Assembly (NCBI GenBank): GCA_965644265.1
Contig: OZ286459.1
Coordinates: forward strand, 116,684,001 to 116,748,000
Direction: 5' to 3'
DNA: 64,000 bases
From: Glycera tridactyla
Taxonomy: Eukaryota
Shown: positions 1-13,559 of the stretch, piece by piece
Layout: every line of letters starts with the position of its first letter
Position numbering within the stretch: the first letter of the stretch is position 1
Made by a program: the position numbers and the translations under genes
The notes under the pieces: model-generated
What the model was told of the DNA's origin: nothing
The model's database searches: none
The model's input: the letters and a program-made list of their open reading frames with translations, nothing else

Positions 1-3000
1 TGTTCATGAACACTGGGTTATATATGCACTGATCAGAATGAATTATTGAGATCATGATTCTCAGCTATTGTTTTTAGATTGACTTCCTTCTCAACAAGTT
101 GATTGAAGTAATCATAGTTCAATTGTGTTAGTCAATGTAATCAGCTACTTAGATCATGAAATCATGTGAACAAATTCAGCCTTGTGAAATTTGAACAGCC
201 AGGGAGTATCCTAGCATCATAATGGTCCTTGTAAATAAACCACAATACAATGAAAACCTGTTTCACAAACATACTTGAGGTATCATTCCCTATGTGATAT
301 TAGCCAGCTAAGTTGAGGAGGTTGAGAACACGTCTTATTCTATGTTTGATACCGTCCATTGAAGAATAGACTTTAACATAGCATTTATGATGTATGCTCA
401 CTATATTTTGACATGTGGGTAGAAGTGTGTCAGAACCGACAGCTGCCTGCAATTGACAACCTTTCTCTTTCCTCATCATCTTGTGTTTAGTGTTTGTGTG
501 AGTGAAGAACATTCGCGTCCATATCGCAATCTACAGAAAGCAATTGTAACCTGTTCTCATGTAATTCATTGAGAGAAGTGTGAGAGTTGAAGCTAAAAAG
601 GTTGGATCCATCAAATGAAGCTATATTGATGTTTGGTTTATTGATATGCATTTTTCAAAAACACAGATACATTTTCAATGATAGATGATGGTTGCTTGAT
701 TTTCTGTATATGGCCTACTTCAAATATGATAGGACATTTTGACATGGAAGGAAGCATTCAGATATTCAGCAATTAGTGTGGATAGTTTTCAATTTATTGA
801 TTTTCACCAACAAAAGGAACACTGTTGGATGGTGTTGACATTTTACTTGATGTCATTCGATGAGAATATTGAGTTGTTTTAAGGTGGCTAAACATTTACA
901 ATCAGCTTTAAAATTTCATCCAGAGTTATTATATGGCTGCCGGCTTATGGTTTTGATGCTGGTTATGTGAGGTTCAGTAGATATATTGAATTTACACATG
1001 CTTTGATGTGCATACATACAGTGAAAGCCATCTACAAAGGTCACTTTGTCCCATGAAAGAGTGACCCTTGTAGACAGGTGGCCTTTGTAGAGAAGTTGTT
1101 CATTATCATTGATGACATTTACAAAATTGTATAATGATACCACAGGCGCTCGGAATCGGTCCGAAACATCAGCCTTGTTTTATGTGAGGTGTATACTCTA
1201 CTATTACGCTCATCGCCACCGCCGCCCGTCCAATCCGAGTGCCTGTGGAGGATACCTACAATGTCTCATGGGAACACATGTGGATTGGCAATGTGCATGG
1301 TGCAAATGGCTATATTGGTACACTCTGACATTAAAGCTCATCACTTTATCATGAGTTTCCTTGTTTCACCATTTTAATTATATATACCCAACACCAATGT
1401 TTATTTTTGAATATTAAAGGGGTGGGACATGATATAATGTCGAGCTATGTGATAGTAGATGTTCGTTTTAGTTTATTTATTTGTTCTTGTACAGAAGCAC
1501 TTTGAAAAACTTCATATGTAATTTGTTTCTCAGCTAAAACTATTGAAAAAGAAATGAAATGTACAATATTAAATCATTAGTAAGCATCCTAGGTTAATCA
1601 CACTTGACCAAGAGTCCTGCTCAAACCTGATTTTGTGGTGATACATGACAGGGGCTGAGCTCAGATAAGCTCTTTGTTATGGTCTCTATTTCATGAAATA
1701 AGAAAAGAACTCTGACCACCTCTACCCTTGGAAAAAGTGAAATTTCTTAGGGATGGGGTCCAGAAAAGCAACAGCGATACTGATTAATTTCAGTATATTA
1801 CTGATACACACACAACCTTCATCAGTTCCTCACAGCTTTTGAATACCTACCAAATGTATTCCACATATTTTTACTTTTATTCATGAGAAAAGTTCTTAAA
1901 CAGATTCATTTGTTTTATCATGAAATAAGGTGACTACCTGAGCACAAATTGCCACCAACAATTCGAAATATATTGTTACACAAGTAGTAATTTTATACCT
2001 GTCAGAAGTTTACATTTGGATCATCGTATTGGGGTCATGATGGAGAACAAGACAATCTATATGTCTGTATTCAGCACATGTATATTTGTGAGCAAACACT
2101 CATAATATTTCAATGCCCTAATAAGAATATATATATACTTTTGATGTGTACAAGAAGAGTGAATATATTTAATATCATCAGATGATAAGTTGCATCTCAT
2201 CAAAATACCGACTGACTGAAATAAATTTTTTGTTTCTGCATTGCTACCCTACTAGTTATCAATCATTCATTTGAGGATTGAGAGAGGAGTCAACCCCATG
2301 CTGAGTCTGGAAATTATAATTCATAGATGATTTCATGATTCCTAGTGCCAGCCATATAGGAGCACATTGATTGATTGAGTGATGAGTGATTCTCAACGTC
2401 TTTTTCAACTTCTATTCTAGTACCGTTCCAATATGAAGATTAGCAATCATTACATTCCATGCAGGGTATCAGAGCTGATGTTCCATGGTGGTCACCAAAT
2501 CTCAGATAGATGTACTGTATGAAACACTCCAATACAGGGAAATGTAGGCAGATATGTAGCACATTGGCCATTCCTTTTCATGTAATGTGGATAGAGGTAT
2601 GGATGAACTGTCAGCTACTTTCTTCTAAATGACTTGTTTGGCTTCCCTTCCTCGTGTTCTGGGTCTGTGAGGGGTACTTGTAATGGGCAAAGCACCTAGT
2701 TCACTCGCAAAAATCTGGAACACATTGCATACATGAACTCATAGGTTGATACATGCATTTGAACCCTTACGTACTTATTTACTTACCAGAGTACACCGTA
2801 CTTACATATTTATCAAAGTTCAAACAACCATTCCAAACAACTGATCAATCACATTCAGGCAAAATACACATTCCTGGGCATTTTGCCCTGTAATCAAGAG
2901 TGAATTATGGCATGATATAATTATCGAAGATGCCACATTAATTTGATTCTTGTACAGGCCAGCAGCAGCATTATCAGTTCTTGATATGATGTAATAATCT

Positions 3001-3948
3001 ATCTGGGGCCTAATTATCATAGGATATTCGAAAAGTGATTGTACTTTTTCTAGAGAAGGATCTGATTGTTTGTGTAAGAAATACATACCTTTGGGGTTGT
3101 TCTTTCTTTGCTGCCAGTGCTATATCATTGTTTCATTTATCTCTATTTGGAAGAGATATTTTGAATTCAGTCGATTTTTCTCAACATTTTCTGCTGCTCT
3201 GTCCTCATCTCAGCCATCAGATTATCATTGAAATTCTCACTGTGACTCTGAATTTATTGGGCATATCCTGTACAGTGTAATCATAGAATATAGAGACCAA
3301 TCTGAAAGTGATCTCTCAAAAGACGCAGTATCATCAGAAGTATATTCGGCCATGTTGCATAGGAAAGCTGCCCTACAGAAGTGGTCTCCCATAAAAGGTG
3401 GTATCGCAGGGTCTCTTATTGCAGCCTCTCCTGCATCAATTATCATATGAATAATATTACATGTTGAGTTTGAATTTCAAAGTATCAAGTCCTAATTATG
3501 AACTACTATCCGATGCATGAAGGGGAACGTAGTGACAGTTATCAGCTTCATCTTTTTGCCATCACTGGGTCTGAAAAATGAGATGTCATGTCGGCAGGCA
3601 GATGAAAGCAGTACATCAAAAGTGGGAATGAAAACTAATACATGGAGATTCAGTCACACATGTGATCTGGCTTCCTTCCTTGACTATATTTTAGCTGTAT
3701 TCCAACATTTACTCTGTGCTTCATGGCAGGAACACAACAATCAGTTCAGGATCTGCTACCAAGCATATAAATCTACAGCAAAATTTTAGGTATCCAATCT
3801 ATGCATGAATGTCTGTATACAGCAAGTCAACATATGCCAAGTTGATGATATATATGTTGGTAATAAGTTCCTCTGGTTAACCACTATTGGTTCAATACCT
3901 TGTAGACCCTTTGCATATATTGCCAATTTAATGACCTGATATCTGCTA

Positions 3949-4093
3949 CAGTGAAACCTGTGACAAGAGACCCCCGAAGAGAGACCACCTCCAACAGGAT
4001 ACATAGTCAAATATACCTTCGACGAGAGACCACCTCTTTTGAGAGACCGATTTTGGTGACATTCAGTCTGGTCTCTGGTGGAAGGTTTCACTG
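3949..4093. mobile_element. Tc1/mariner (pogo/Tigger-like) MITE
   Basis: TA-CAGTGAAACC...GGTTTCACTG-TA with internal GAGACCACC repeats. Confidence 0.8.
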
Positions 4094-4893
4094 TATAGTA
4101 TTGTGCTCGCCAACTGGTGAGGAATTTCATATCTAGTTGAGCAATATGATTATGAATTGACACAAATCTATTCTGAAGATTTGCTGCATTTCTATTGTAG
4201 AAGGAGAGCTGGTATAGGTTAGGTGCTTCTTTATTTTAGGTTAAACTTTGAAAATGAATAATACTTGAATGAAATTGTCTTCAATTGTGCAAGGTATGTG
4301 CTTTCAGCTGATGATGTGTCTCTATTTAAAAAAAAATTTATCAACCAACCTTGGAAGTTGTACTTAGTACATTGCCTTCCAATGGTTAACCTTTTATTTT
4401 ACTGTGGTAAACATGCACATAAACAAGCCATAATGTGAGTGATGATCTGAGTTTTTTTGAAATTATTTTTTGAAAGGAGCTGGACTTTGATGGGTCAGAT
4501 ATTTCAAGATAATGCTTGAAAAAGATCAAAGGATGTAAATATAGGGAAGACCTGGTTTTTCAGTTGATGAAGGAATCCATACTGGGATCAGAGGTGGAAG
4601 AAAAATGGACCAGAGCAGCACCTGGACAATCCTCTTGCAAGATCTGCTTGCATCTAGAGTGGGACCTGGGATGTGTGTCAGAAATGTCAGTTACCTCCAC
4701 ATGACAACCTTTCAGGTTCCCATTATCTTGTGTTCAAGGTTTGTGCAAGTGATGCCTGCAGAGGACAGAACATCCCATATTCATCAACCAGGAACACAAG
4801 CCATACATAATCCTCTGGGTTGATACATGCCGTTAAAGCCTAGTTACACATGTCATTGGGCTTCTGAGTTGAGTTACTGTTTGAAAAAAGGGA

Positions 4894-5282
4894 GGTACCA
4901 GGCACACCAGTTCTGGGTAACTAGAGCTGTGATTAAGTTCACTAGATTGTGTAATGACTTTGTACTGCAAGCATCATGCAACTATAATAGTTTATGATTG
5001 AAAATATTGGTTTAGTAGTTTCCAAACCTGTTTCAAGTGATGTGCTCAGTTGAAAACAGCATTGCTATCAGGCTGGAGTGTCAGCTTCTAGCCAGTTACA
5101 TAGTCAGATACGCCATCACTAGTTTAAGTATGATCATCTTGAGTAGGTAGAGGTGTGTCTGAATCATCAGCTACTTCCACTTGACAATGTTTCAGGTTTC
5201 CCATCACCTTGTGTTCAGGGTTTGTGAGAGTCATGTCTCTGGGTTCATACATGCCATCGAAGCTAAAATAAACAATCAAACT
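4894..5282 (+). mobile_element. SINE-like family A, long copy (high-copy interspersed retroposon)
   Basis: Shared core ...gaggtgtgtctgaactgtcagctacttccacttgacaacctttcaggttcccatcatcttgtgttcagggtttgtg... and (CAAA)n tail; further + copies at about 415-510, 2590-2670, 4640-4840, 5560-5885, 6240-6430, 6790-6965, 12160-12260, 17230-17430, 49390-49600, 49800-50070. Confidence 0.8.
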
Positions 5283-6609
5283 TGGTTTAGAAGAGTTGGC
5301 CACCCAACTGTTGGTGGAGTTATAGTTTTCTTGTTGCCAGGGTATTCAGATATTACCTGCATATCGACAGCTAGAAGAACAACAATTCATGGCACTTTGT
5401 TCCTGTTTGACAATTTGTGACACTAGTATGTTAGATCTTTCTCGGGTTCTTATTTTTCCTGGACATCCTGCTACTTGACGATGGGGCTAATTTCTTCAAA
5501 CTTATGTGCACCCAAATGTGGCAGAGGTGTGCCCTCACTTGCATGTCTTTTTCAAGAAAAGCATTGCAATTGAGTGTTTCCGTGTAATTCTAGGTATAAT
5601 TACCCTATGGTGCAATGGACCTCAGAAGGTATCTATGTGTGAACCATAGTTGGATATACCATCATCAGGTCATATATGTTCATGTGAGATTGGTATAGGT
5701 GTGCCTGTTCTTACAGCTACTTTCTCCCGAGAATCTTTCAGGTTCCTAAACATCTTGTGTTCAGGTTTTGTGTGAGTGATGTCTGCAGGGGAGAAAAAAT
5801 CTAGCTTTCATTGACTGGGGGACACACAATATACATAAAGTTCTGTGTTGATACATGCTGTTAAGAAACAAACACAATCAAACCTGAGATGGAAATCCCA
5901 CTTCGACTATGGATACTAAATGGTACGTTTACGTGAGGAAAATCTTTCCATGGTCACCCCATATTATGGATTACTTCAATTACCCAATAAGAGGAAAAAT
6001 GCCATATAACTGAGTTGTTTGTCTTTGTACTCACGTGACCAAGGTTTCTGAGTATATGTATATGGATAAGTTGTCTATCATGATGAAGATCGCATTCATC
6101 CAGAAGCAATCATCATACGGTTTTATAATTTCAAGACTGTGGAATGTTTTATGCATCCGGATGATGTTGGCCATGCAAACTGTTATATATGGTGTAAAGT
6201 TTGTGATAAAAGCATACAACAAGGAAGAATATTTGTGTGATTATTTGTGTCTGATCTGTCCGCTACTCCTACTTGACAACCTTTTGGGTTCTCCATGTGG
6301 TCAGGGTTTGTGTAATTGATGCCTGCGGGGGGGGGGGGGGGGCAGGGGGGGGGGGGCAGGACATCTAGCTCTCATTGACCAGAAACACAAAACATACATA
6401 CCGTTAAACCAATAACAAACAAACAAACAAAAGTACCATCTATAATTATATAGACATCGGATCTGGATCAGTGAATATTCAACAATGTTGATTTTGATGT
6501 TTAGGAGGAACAAGGTATGAGACAGGGTCTGAACTGAAAGGCAGTCTCAGATTACAGCCTGTTTGGTTTCCTCATTAACAGGGTGTCACTATTGTCAACA
6601 TTTTATGAA

Positions 6610-7200
6610 CAGAAATGACACCCTGGGTGTCTGTGAATTTCATAAATGTTCACCTTCTGTTGGGGACCAAGTAGGAGGAGTATGAGTCTTGAATGACCTC
6701 ATCGATGCCAATTGCATGGGCGTCACAATATATCCCAAATGGAGCTGGCGTAATGTTGAATAAGAACCTTATTATGCTCATGTCAAGGAGTTGGAGGTTT
6801 TCTCAACTGTCAGTTACTTCCACTTGACAACCTTTCAGCTTCCACATCATCTTTTTTTCAGGGTTTGTGATAATGATGTCCACAGGGACTATGAACACAC
6901 GGCATACATCATTCTATGGGTTGCTACGTGCTGTTGAACATCAAACAAACTAACAAACCTCAACCAACCAACCACATAACCAACTCATGCTCAAGATTGG
7001 TGATAGTGATGCCACTGAAATGACACATTAAGTGTCTGTGAATTTCACGAAATTTCACCTTCCGTTGGAGAGCCAGAGAAAGAAATCTTGAATGATCCCA
7101 CGATCCCCATTGCACGAGCGTCTCAATATAACCCGGTTGGTGCGCATGGGACGTTGAACAAACGACTAATAGGCAGGGAACAGCATTCAACTTTTCTATT
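6610..7200 (+). repeat. Dispersed repeat family D: two copies here and a third at about 37650-37800
   Basis: aaatgacac...gtgtctgtgaatttca(t/c)aaat(g/t)ttcacctt(c)(t/c)gtt(g)gg...ttgaatga...ttgca(t/c)gggcgtc(a/t)caatat shared at about 6612, 7018 and 37648; class unknown. Confidence 0.7.
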
Positions 7201-8399
7201 TCAGAAACGCATGACTCGTATAAACCTTTGGGTTGTTACGTGCCATTGGACCCCAACGAAACGCGGGATAAATCACAGGGGTCAATTTTGCACCATCCAT
7301 CCTCATCACATGCTATACTAGGATTGCAATTTAGAAGCCTTTATTACAGTCATATTTTGAGTTGACACAAAAGGATGTGTTCCCCAAGGGGACAGTCTTG
7401 GATATTTCTGATTGTCTGATGAGAATGAATTAAAGATTGATCGTGATTTTCCATCTGCTTTTTCGAAAAGTCGTGCCATGGTTGATTTACAATACTCTGG
7501 TTCTGGTTTAACGTCACAATGCAAGGTTCCAGATAAGTTTTTCTGGCCCCCATCTCAACCTGGCACATCACATAAGTGTCATTAACATATCCCATTCTCG
7601 CCCAAGGTACAAACCGTGTCTCAACAAATATCAAGATATTAAGATGGCTCAGTGTCATCTGAAACATATTGGAGGCTGGTGCTACAGTAGAATAGGGTTT
7701 CCAGCACAAAAAGAGGTTCGATAATGTTGATCATCCCTCACAGATTGGAAATGTCAAACGTTGGTGCAGTGGTGGTATGGAAAACCAATAGTCTGAGGAA
7801 ATGAAAGTAGTTTCATGCAAGAATATAACATTTTGTCCCTTGGAGTACTTCATACTACCATCTCCTATATCTGTGACATATCTGAAATGATACCGAGAGT
7901 ATCTGTGATTTTCATATCCTTCACATCGGGCTCGATTGTCACCTTTCAGCAAGTTGCATAGTTAGGTACATGTATTTCATCGATATTTTCTTTTTATTCA
8001 AATACATGTGTATGGGTGCATGGAGCTATCCGTTATTTTCTCAGGTGGACTATATGATTCACGAGAATACGAATAAGGTAAGCAGGGGACGGGTGTATAC
8101 TGTTTGCTGGCATACTGGCATGTAGGTTTTATATTGCGAAGGCGGTAAAATCAGTTGGTGCGGGCTAAACTGCGTATATATGCCGGCGTTTGTACATAGA
8201 TATATAAATATGTATATGGGCATAAGCCTGTATAATAATAGTAATAACTCTATATATAGCTGTTGATATAAGTGGATAACTGTAGGTACTAGGTCGGGGT
8301 AAAACTGCAACAAAAGCATTGTATATTACCGGAGAAGCTGACATAAAAGTGAGGGGAAACCAAGGGAAGTGTACAAGGCCTTACACCATACAGACAGAG

Positions 8400-9966
8400 T
8401 TGATTGGCCTCGTTAATTTCAGCTGTCTCAAAGCAGTCAAAAAAATACAACCAAACGCACAGATACAAAAATTATTTTCCCCCTGATAACCCTGGAATGA
8501 ATGGATCAATTGGTATGAACATTTTGCCTCACACATCCACACTTCATGGTGATGACATATTTCAAGTAGTTTGCAGGACAACCTTTTGCGGACAGACCAA
8601 CCAACTGACAGAGTAACTCCAATATACCCCTTCCAAACATTGTTCGGCTGGTAGTTTAATCGTCATGAATTTACAACAAATGGTGAATCTGGCTTTGCAG
8701 CCATAAAAGTGACAGAACATGTACAAAATATGATTGCTTTCATTGAGTCTTGGGGAACCCCATTTACTGTTCGATGTACGCTGTCCTCCCTAATCCGGCA
8801 GGATTTCCTACTTGTTAAAGAGAGTTATACATGGAAGTTTGGGAGGAAAGATTGATCAATAGATCTGTTCATGTTATGTTTCAGGATCAGTTAAAAATAG
8901 TGAGAGGATACAATGGTATAAATCATGGGCGATTGATCTCAAAATGATCACTAAACACCACTTCCAGTCTTAATGTATTCATTCTGGCCAGCAAACTCTG
9001 ATGAGCAGAAACTTCTAAATCTTTTCCAAAACTGGGTTCTTGGGAATACAATAGTGAGATTTCGAGATGAGCAGTTTTCTGGAGATGCGGGTATATGCCA
9101 ATCCAGTGTCCGTCCATTCTGATGAACAGAATGTGTTGTTTTGTCAAATGAAACTGATATTCTGGTGGGATCGATGTATCACTGGCAAATTCTACAATCT
9201 AAATGTCTTGAGACTTGTAAGGTCCTTTCTGCAATTCACTATTTGAGTGGGTGTGACACCACTAGTAAATTGGCTGCCCCGAAGTCACCAACAACACAAT
9301 ATTCACAAGCTTATGGCAGAGATGAATTGGATCTCGATTCCAAACACATAATGGAAAAGGCTGAGTAGTATTTAATCTGAGTTTCGACAGGTGGAACTGA
9401 GTGCTGACCACTTGATGGGCTTCGCCATTGGATGTGCCACCACAGCAAGAATGTGACAATCAACAAGTCTCCGCCAATAAGTTATACAGTCAGATGTCAC
9501 ATTCTTTTAGACATCCTACTAGACTAGTGCAATCATCACCGGAAAACGCCGGATCCCAAATTTTCTGGGTATAGATAAGGTGGATGATGTTTTGATGCCG
9601 AATGCATGTGCAAGACTGCAGGTGCCAGATGACAGTTTCAATGTTTTCTAAAATGATGACAGCTACAAACATCATGTGTCACTCTAGTCCTATATTCATT
9701 CGTGATATACTTGACCGCAATTGCACTTATGAGTTTATATCATATGTCATACTTATTGATGTATTACGAATTTTATCATAATGTGATTTTGTCTATAACC
9801 GTGTAAAACGGCAATGTGTGTATTTGATACATTTTTCAAATAAACATTTATGAAGCCTTATGACCTGATACAGTATTGTGAATGCATGATGTGTGCTACT
9901 AAGGCGTGTACAACATCTTGAGTATAAGTATAGAATTATCCACCGGATATGTGCTCTACTGGACTA
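8400..9966 (+). mobile_element. Decayed Academ(X)-like DNA transposon: XPG/PIN-like nuclease and Cys-rich C-terminus
   Basis: Frameshifted motifs HLLFD, FWPANSDEQKLLNLFQNW, VLSNETDILV (S.DTDV-like), HYLSGCDTTSK (9237-9269), DGLRHW..KSPP (LPPT-like), DP...G, CMCK..C; candidate ...CTACTGGACTA terminus at about 9956-9966. Confidence 0.6.
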
Positions 9967-11076
9967 GTGACGTGGTGCATCACCAAGTGACCATTATAAC
10001 TACACCAGGACGCAGTTCAATTGCATCTAACGGCCGCTAACGTTTCGTGACAGAAAACGGATCCGCATTTTTTTGATCAAGAAAAATGGTAGAGGATTTG
10101 GCTAACGTGTTCTCTGTTGGCCAAACTGAACACCCCCCCCCCCTCCCCTCCCAATATTAAGCCACAGAACACCAGGACTTGGTGATTGTGAAAGCACCTC
10201 TCTGGGATCTTGAAATAATGGTCTTACGTTAACAGCAGTGTATACCCAGAGTTTCAGATTGTTTGTGGGCATGGCCATTCGCCCCCCCCCCCCCCGTTTT
10301 TGCCCTTTTAGCCCATTGATATTGCCCGTTATGGGTCATCTGATCCAACTCTTTTTTGGTCCCTGTTGATCATTGATGAATAGGGGATGGCACATCATTT
10401 CGAGTTATGACCCATGATATTTCTGAGGCGTGGTCCACATGGGCTCACTAACCTGTCAGAAAATATGAGGCTTGTTATACATATGCAGGCATGAGAGTAG
10501 GTGAGGGGGCCGAGATTCAATTATAAGGTAGAGGTTAGTTCTCGTGGCCAAAAATATGACTGCAGCAGTCTTTAGTTTACTTTCTTTATTTGTCTTCGTC
10601 AATCATACAAAGGTACAATATACAATGCTCCAGAAATTTGGTGCGTCTCCATGACGACGAAGGTTGAAGAAACAAATACACAAGACAGTACAATATACGG
10701 CAATCTATCAAGACAACTTATATGCATGAAAAAATTCTATTAAGAAACATATTAAACGATATTTCCAATAAAGATGAAGTTTTTTTCTGAGTTTCTGATA
10801 GCATAATTAAGAAACCATTTGAAGTATCATGTCCCCCCCCCCTCTCCGCTTCCCTCCCCTTTATCTCAATCTTCCCCACCCCTCCCAACCATAGACCACA
10901 GTGTATTTCACGCAGCATGACTGACACAGTATGAGAGCATCATATATATAAAAAGTAAAAAATAAATATTTAAATATTTAAATAGCTCAGTATATTTTCA
11001 GATATATGCTATATGTGCAAGAAATTTTCTACTTTCTCCTTAAAACTCATGTGATCCATACTGTCGAAATCTGGAA

Positions 11077-11257
11077 GATCAGGCCCTTCTGAGTCAGATA
11101 CTAGTATATCTTGGCTGAATCAGATCAGGCCCTTCTGAGTCAGATACCAGTATATCTTGGCTGAAACAGATCAGGCCCTTCTGAGTCAGATACTAGTATA
11201 TCTTGGCTCAATCAGATCAGGCCCTTCTGAGTCAGATACTAGTATATCTTGGCTGAA
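11077..11257 (+). repeat. Minisatellite, about 4 x 46 bp
   Basis: gatcaggcccttctgagtcagatactagtatatcttggct(g/c)aa(t/a)ca at 11077, 11123, 11169, 11215. Confidence 0.97.
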
Positions 11258-11503
11258 GTGATTCTGTCCATCAAAATAGCCTGACGAAACAACATATAAG
11301 ACCGTAGAGGACTATGACTGAATTGATTGCTGCAGAGTCTTTTATTTCCAGTCAACATGCTATACAGGCATTTTCAGTGCCGATAAAGCTTGCCTTGTCC
11401 ACCCGACTCCCAAGATTGGTTGGTTGATTGGAGCTTACCGGCATGTATTGATTGAGCCATAGTACGTGTACCATGCATTCCAGAGTCATGACAGCATGAT
11501 ATA

Positions 11504-11588
11504 CAGTCGAACCTATAACAGAATGGCTGTTAATGTATATGGTCAAGTGGCCTTAATGGAGAGGTGGTCTCTTGAGCAAGTTCGATTG
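11504..11588. mobile_element. Tc1/mariner-type MITE, short
   Basis: TA-CAGTCGAACC...AGTTCGATTG-TA. Confidence 0.7.
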
Positions 11589-12737
11589 TACAAAAAGAAT
11601 GCACGATTTTCAAATAGAGTCACAAACCCCATCAGGTAGGGCGACTGTGGGATGTCACGGGGTTGAATCAGCTATTGCCATTCCATACGTCCTTGCTTTT
11701 ATGACAATGCTTCATTATTTGAGAACATTTTTTCTTCTGCATCTGTGCGATACTCACCAGTGAGGTGGGGTCTCTGTGTCTAGTGGTCGATTGTTCCAAT
11801 CACACATCGTTCGTGGATATTAGCCAAACTCATAACCCTCTTGCTCGAAGTTTAGGTGCTTAAATCGGTCATGATCTGTCTCAGATAAGGAATCAGGTTC
11901 CTTCGCCTGGTACCCCCACTGACGATCTGCATACTGCTCCTAACCCAGTTCCCCCAGGATTTCTGTGACGCTTGACCAAGATCTCGTGCAACAAAGCTTG
12001 ACGCTTTTCTCTATGCTGTCTCGTACATTTTTGGTTGGTCACATCCTTAAGAGTGATTCTAAAATTGAGAAGTATATTCAATGGTGGTTTCAGGCAAACC
12101 CCGGCGAAGTTGTCTATATCTGGCATATGTAGTATACGTACTTGTATATGTAGGCACAAGTGTGTCTAAACCCAGAGCTAGTTCCACTCGACAACTTTTC
12201 TGATTTCCCGTCATCCCGTATTCAGAGTCTGTGATGTTGGTAGGGGCAGAGTATGCATCTTTCATGGGTCGGGAAAATTCAAAATACACATATTTCGTGT
12301 AGATATCAGGATCGTACTGCTGCCTTTGTCTGCACTGACACCTGGTAGCGCATGAGCAAAGCGATGGACACATCCTGATTCCAGTAGAGGGTGTTGCGTG
12401 CATGACGAGGTTGCGGGGCCCGTCCGTCGGCGTGGAAATCTGTTGCAATAATCTTAAATGCCTTCAGATTTTTGCCAAGCCCTCATTCTTGCCGTTCTGC
12501 ACACCAAAAAGCCCTGCTTTGGGTCGCAGCTCCCGCGTTTCTTTGTTAATCATGGATAAGTAGGAGTGGCCCATGATGTCTCTAGTGTATGTGCCTTAGG
12601 GGCCCTCTCACCTGTAAAAAAATCTGAAAGAGGTGTCGCGTTTGTGATGTGATAAATGAAATTCTCTTAGATTTATTGAAGCTTGGTAGATACGCTATTG
12701 AAGGAACCGATTGACTAAGCAAGGTCGGAAGTGGCGT

Positions 12738-12769
<32 letters not shown>

Positions 12770-13559
12770 GTCTCCCTTTTTCGGATCCCCAGATAATAAG
12801 ATGCCCAGGCGATTGGCATGAGTTGGATAATTCAGTTCTCCTCTTCCCGATTCCCGAACAGAAGGCGTGATGATAGGAAAATGACTTGAATCGGAAGAAC
12901 GCCCGAGGAGAAATAAAGACCCAGAAGATGATTGATTGATTGAGTGGGACTTCATGGTAGGAAGTGATGGTCCATCCTTAAACATCGTCCATACAAATAT
13001 TGGATTGAAAAATTGTTGTGGTTTTACTTTTGTATTTTTTTAGGTATTTTTCAATTTCGAAAAATAGCATTGGACAATAGAGCACTCCTGCCGGAAAACT
13101 TCCCCTACTCTTTGAGAAATGACAGGGTTGATCTTTTACGTACATGCAGCATAGCCACTTCCACACGCTCGAAACCAGATGCATTGAAATAGTCAGAAAC
13201 TGTGCTGTGCTCTGATGGTGCTTTCGATGACAACCACAAGTTCAGGTGACCTGGCGAATAGAAACCATTCAAGAAGAAAAAGCCATATACTATTGCCAAC
13301 TACAGTAGCTCTTGGGAAAAAATGGAACAAAAATATCGGAACTGTTTGAAGCCATCGCTTGCCAAGATAAGCCGAATTCAACTCATTGCACGCAGTGGCA
13401 TGCCCCCCTCCCGTCCGTTTGATTCGAGCCATGCATTTATTTCAAATTGAAATACACCACAGTCCATTTATCTCGGGAGGTGGTCTATATATCTTATAGG
13501 GGACATCGCAGCTTAGCTAACAAATTCAAAGGGTCAGAGGAGCGAACCACCTGCTAATG

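Noticed and set aside
1140-1248. CpG-rich island that looked like a coding exon
   Set aside because: Bounded by an imperfect inverted repeat (CCACAGGC.CTCGGA / TCCGAGTGCCTGTGG); more likely a tiny MITE, though no TSD was confirmed
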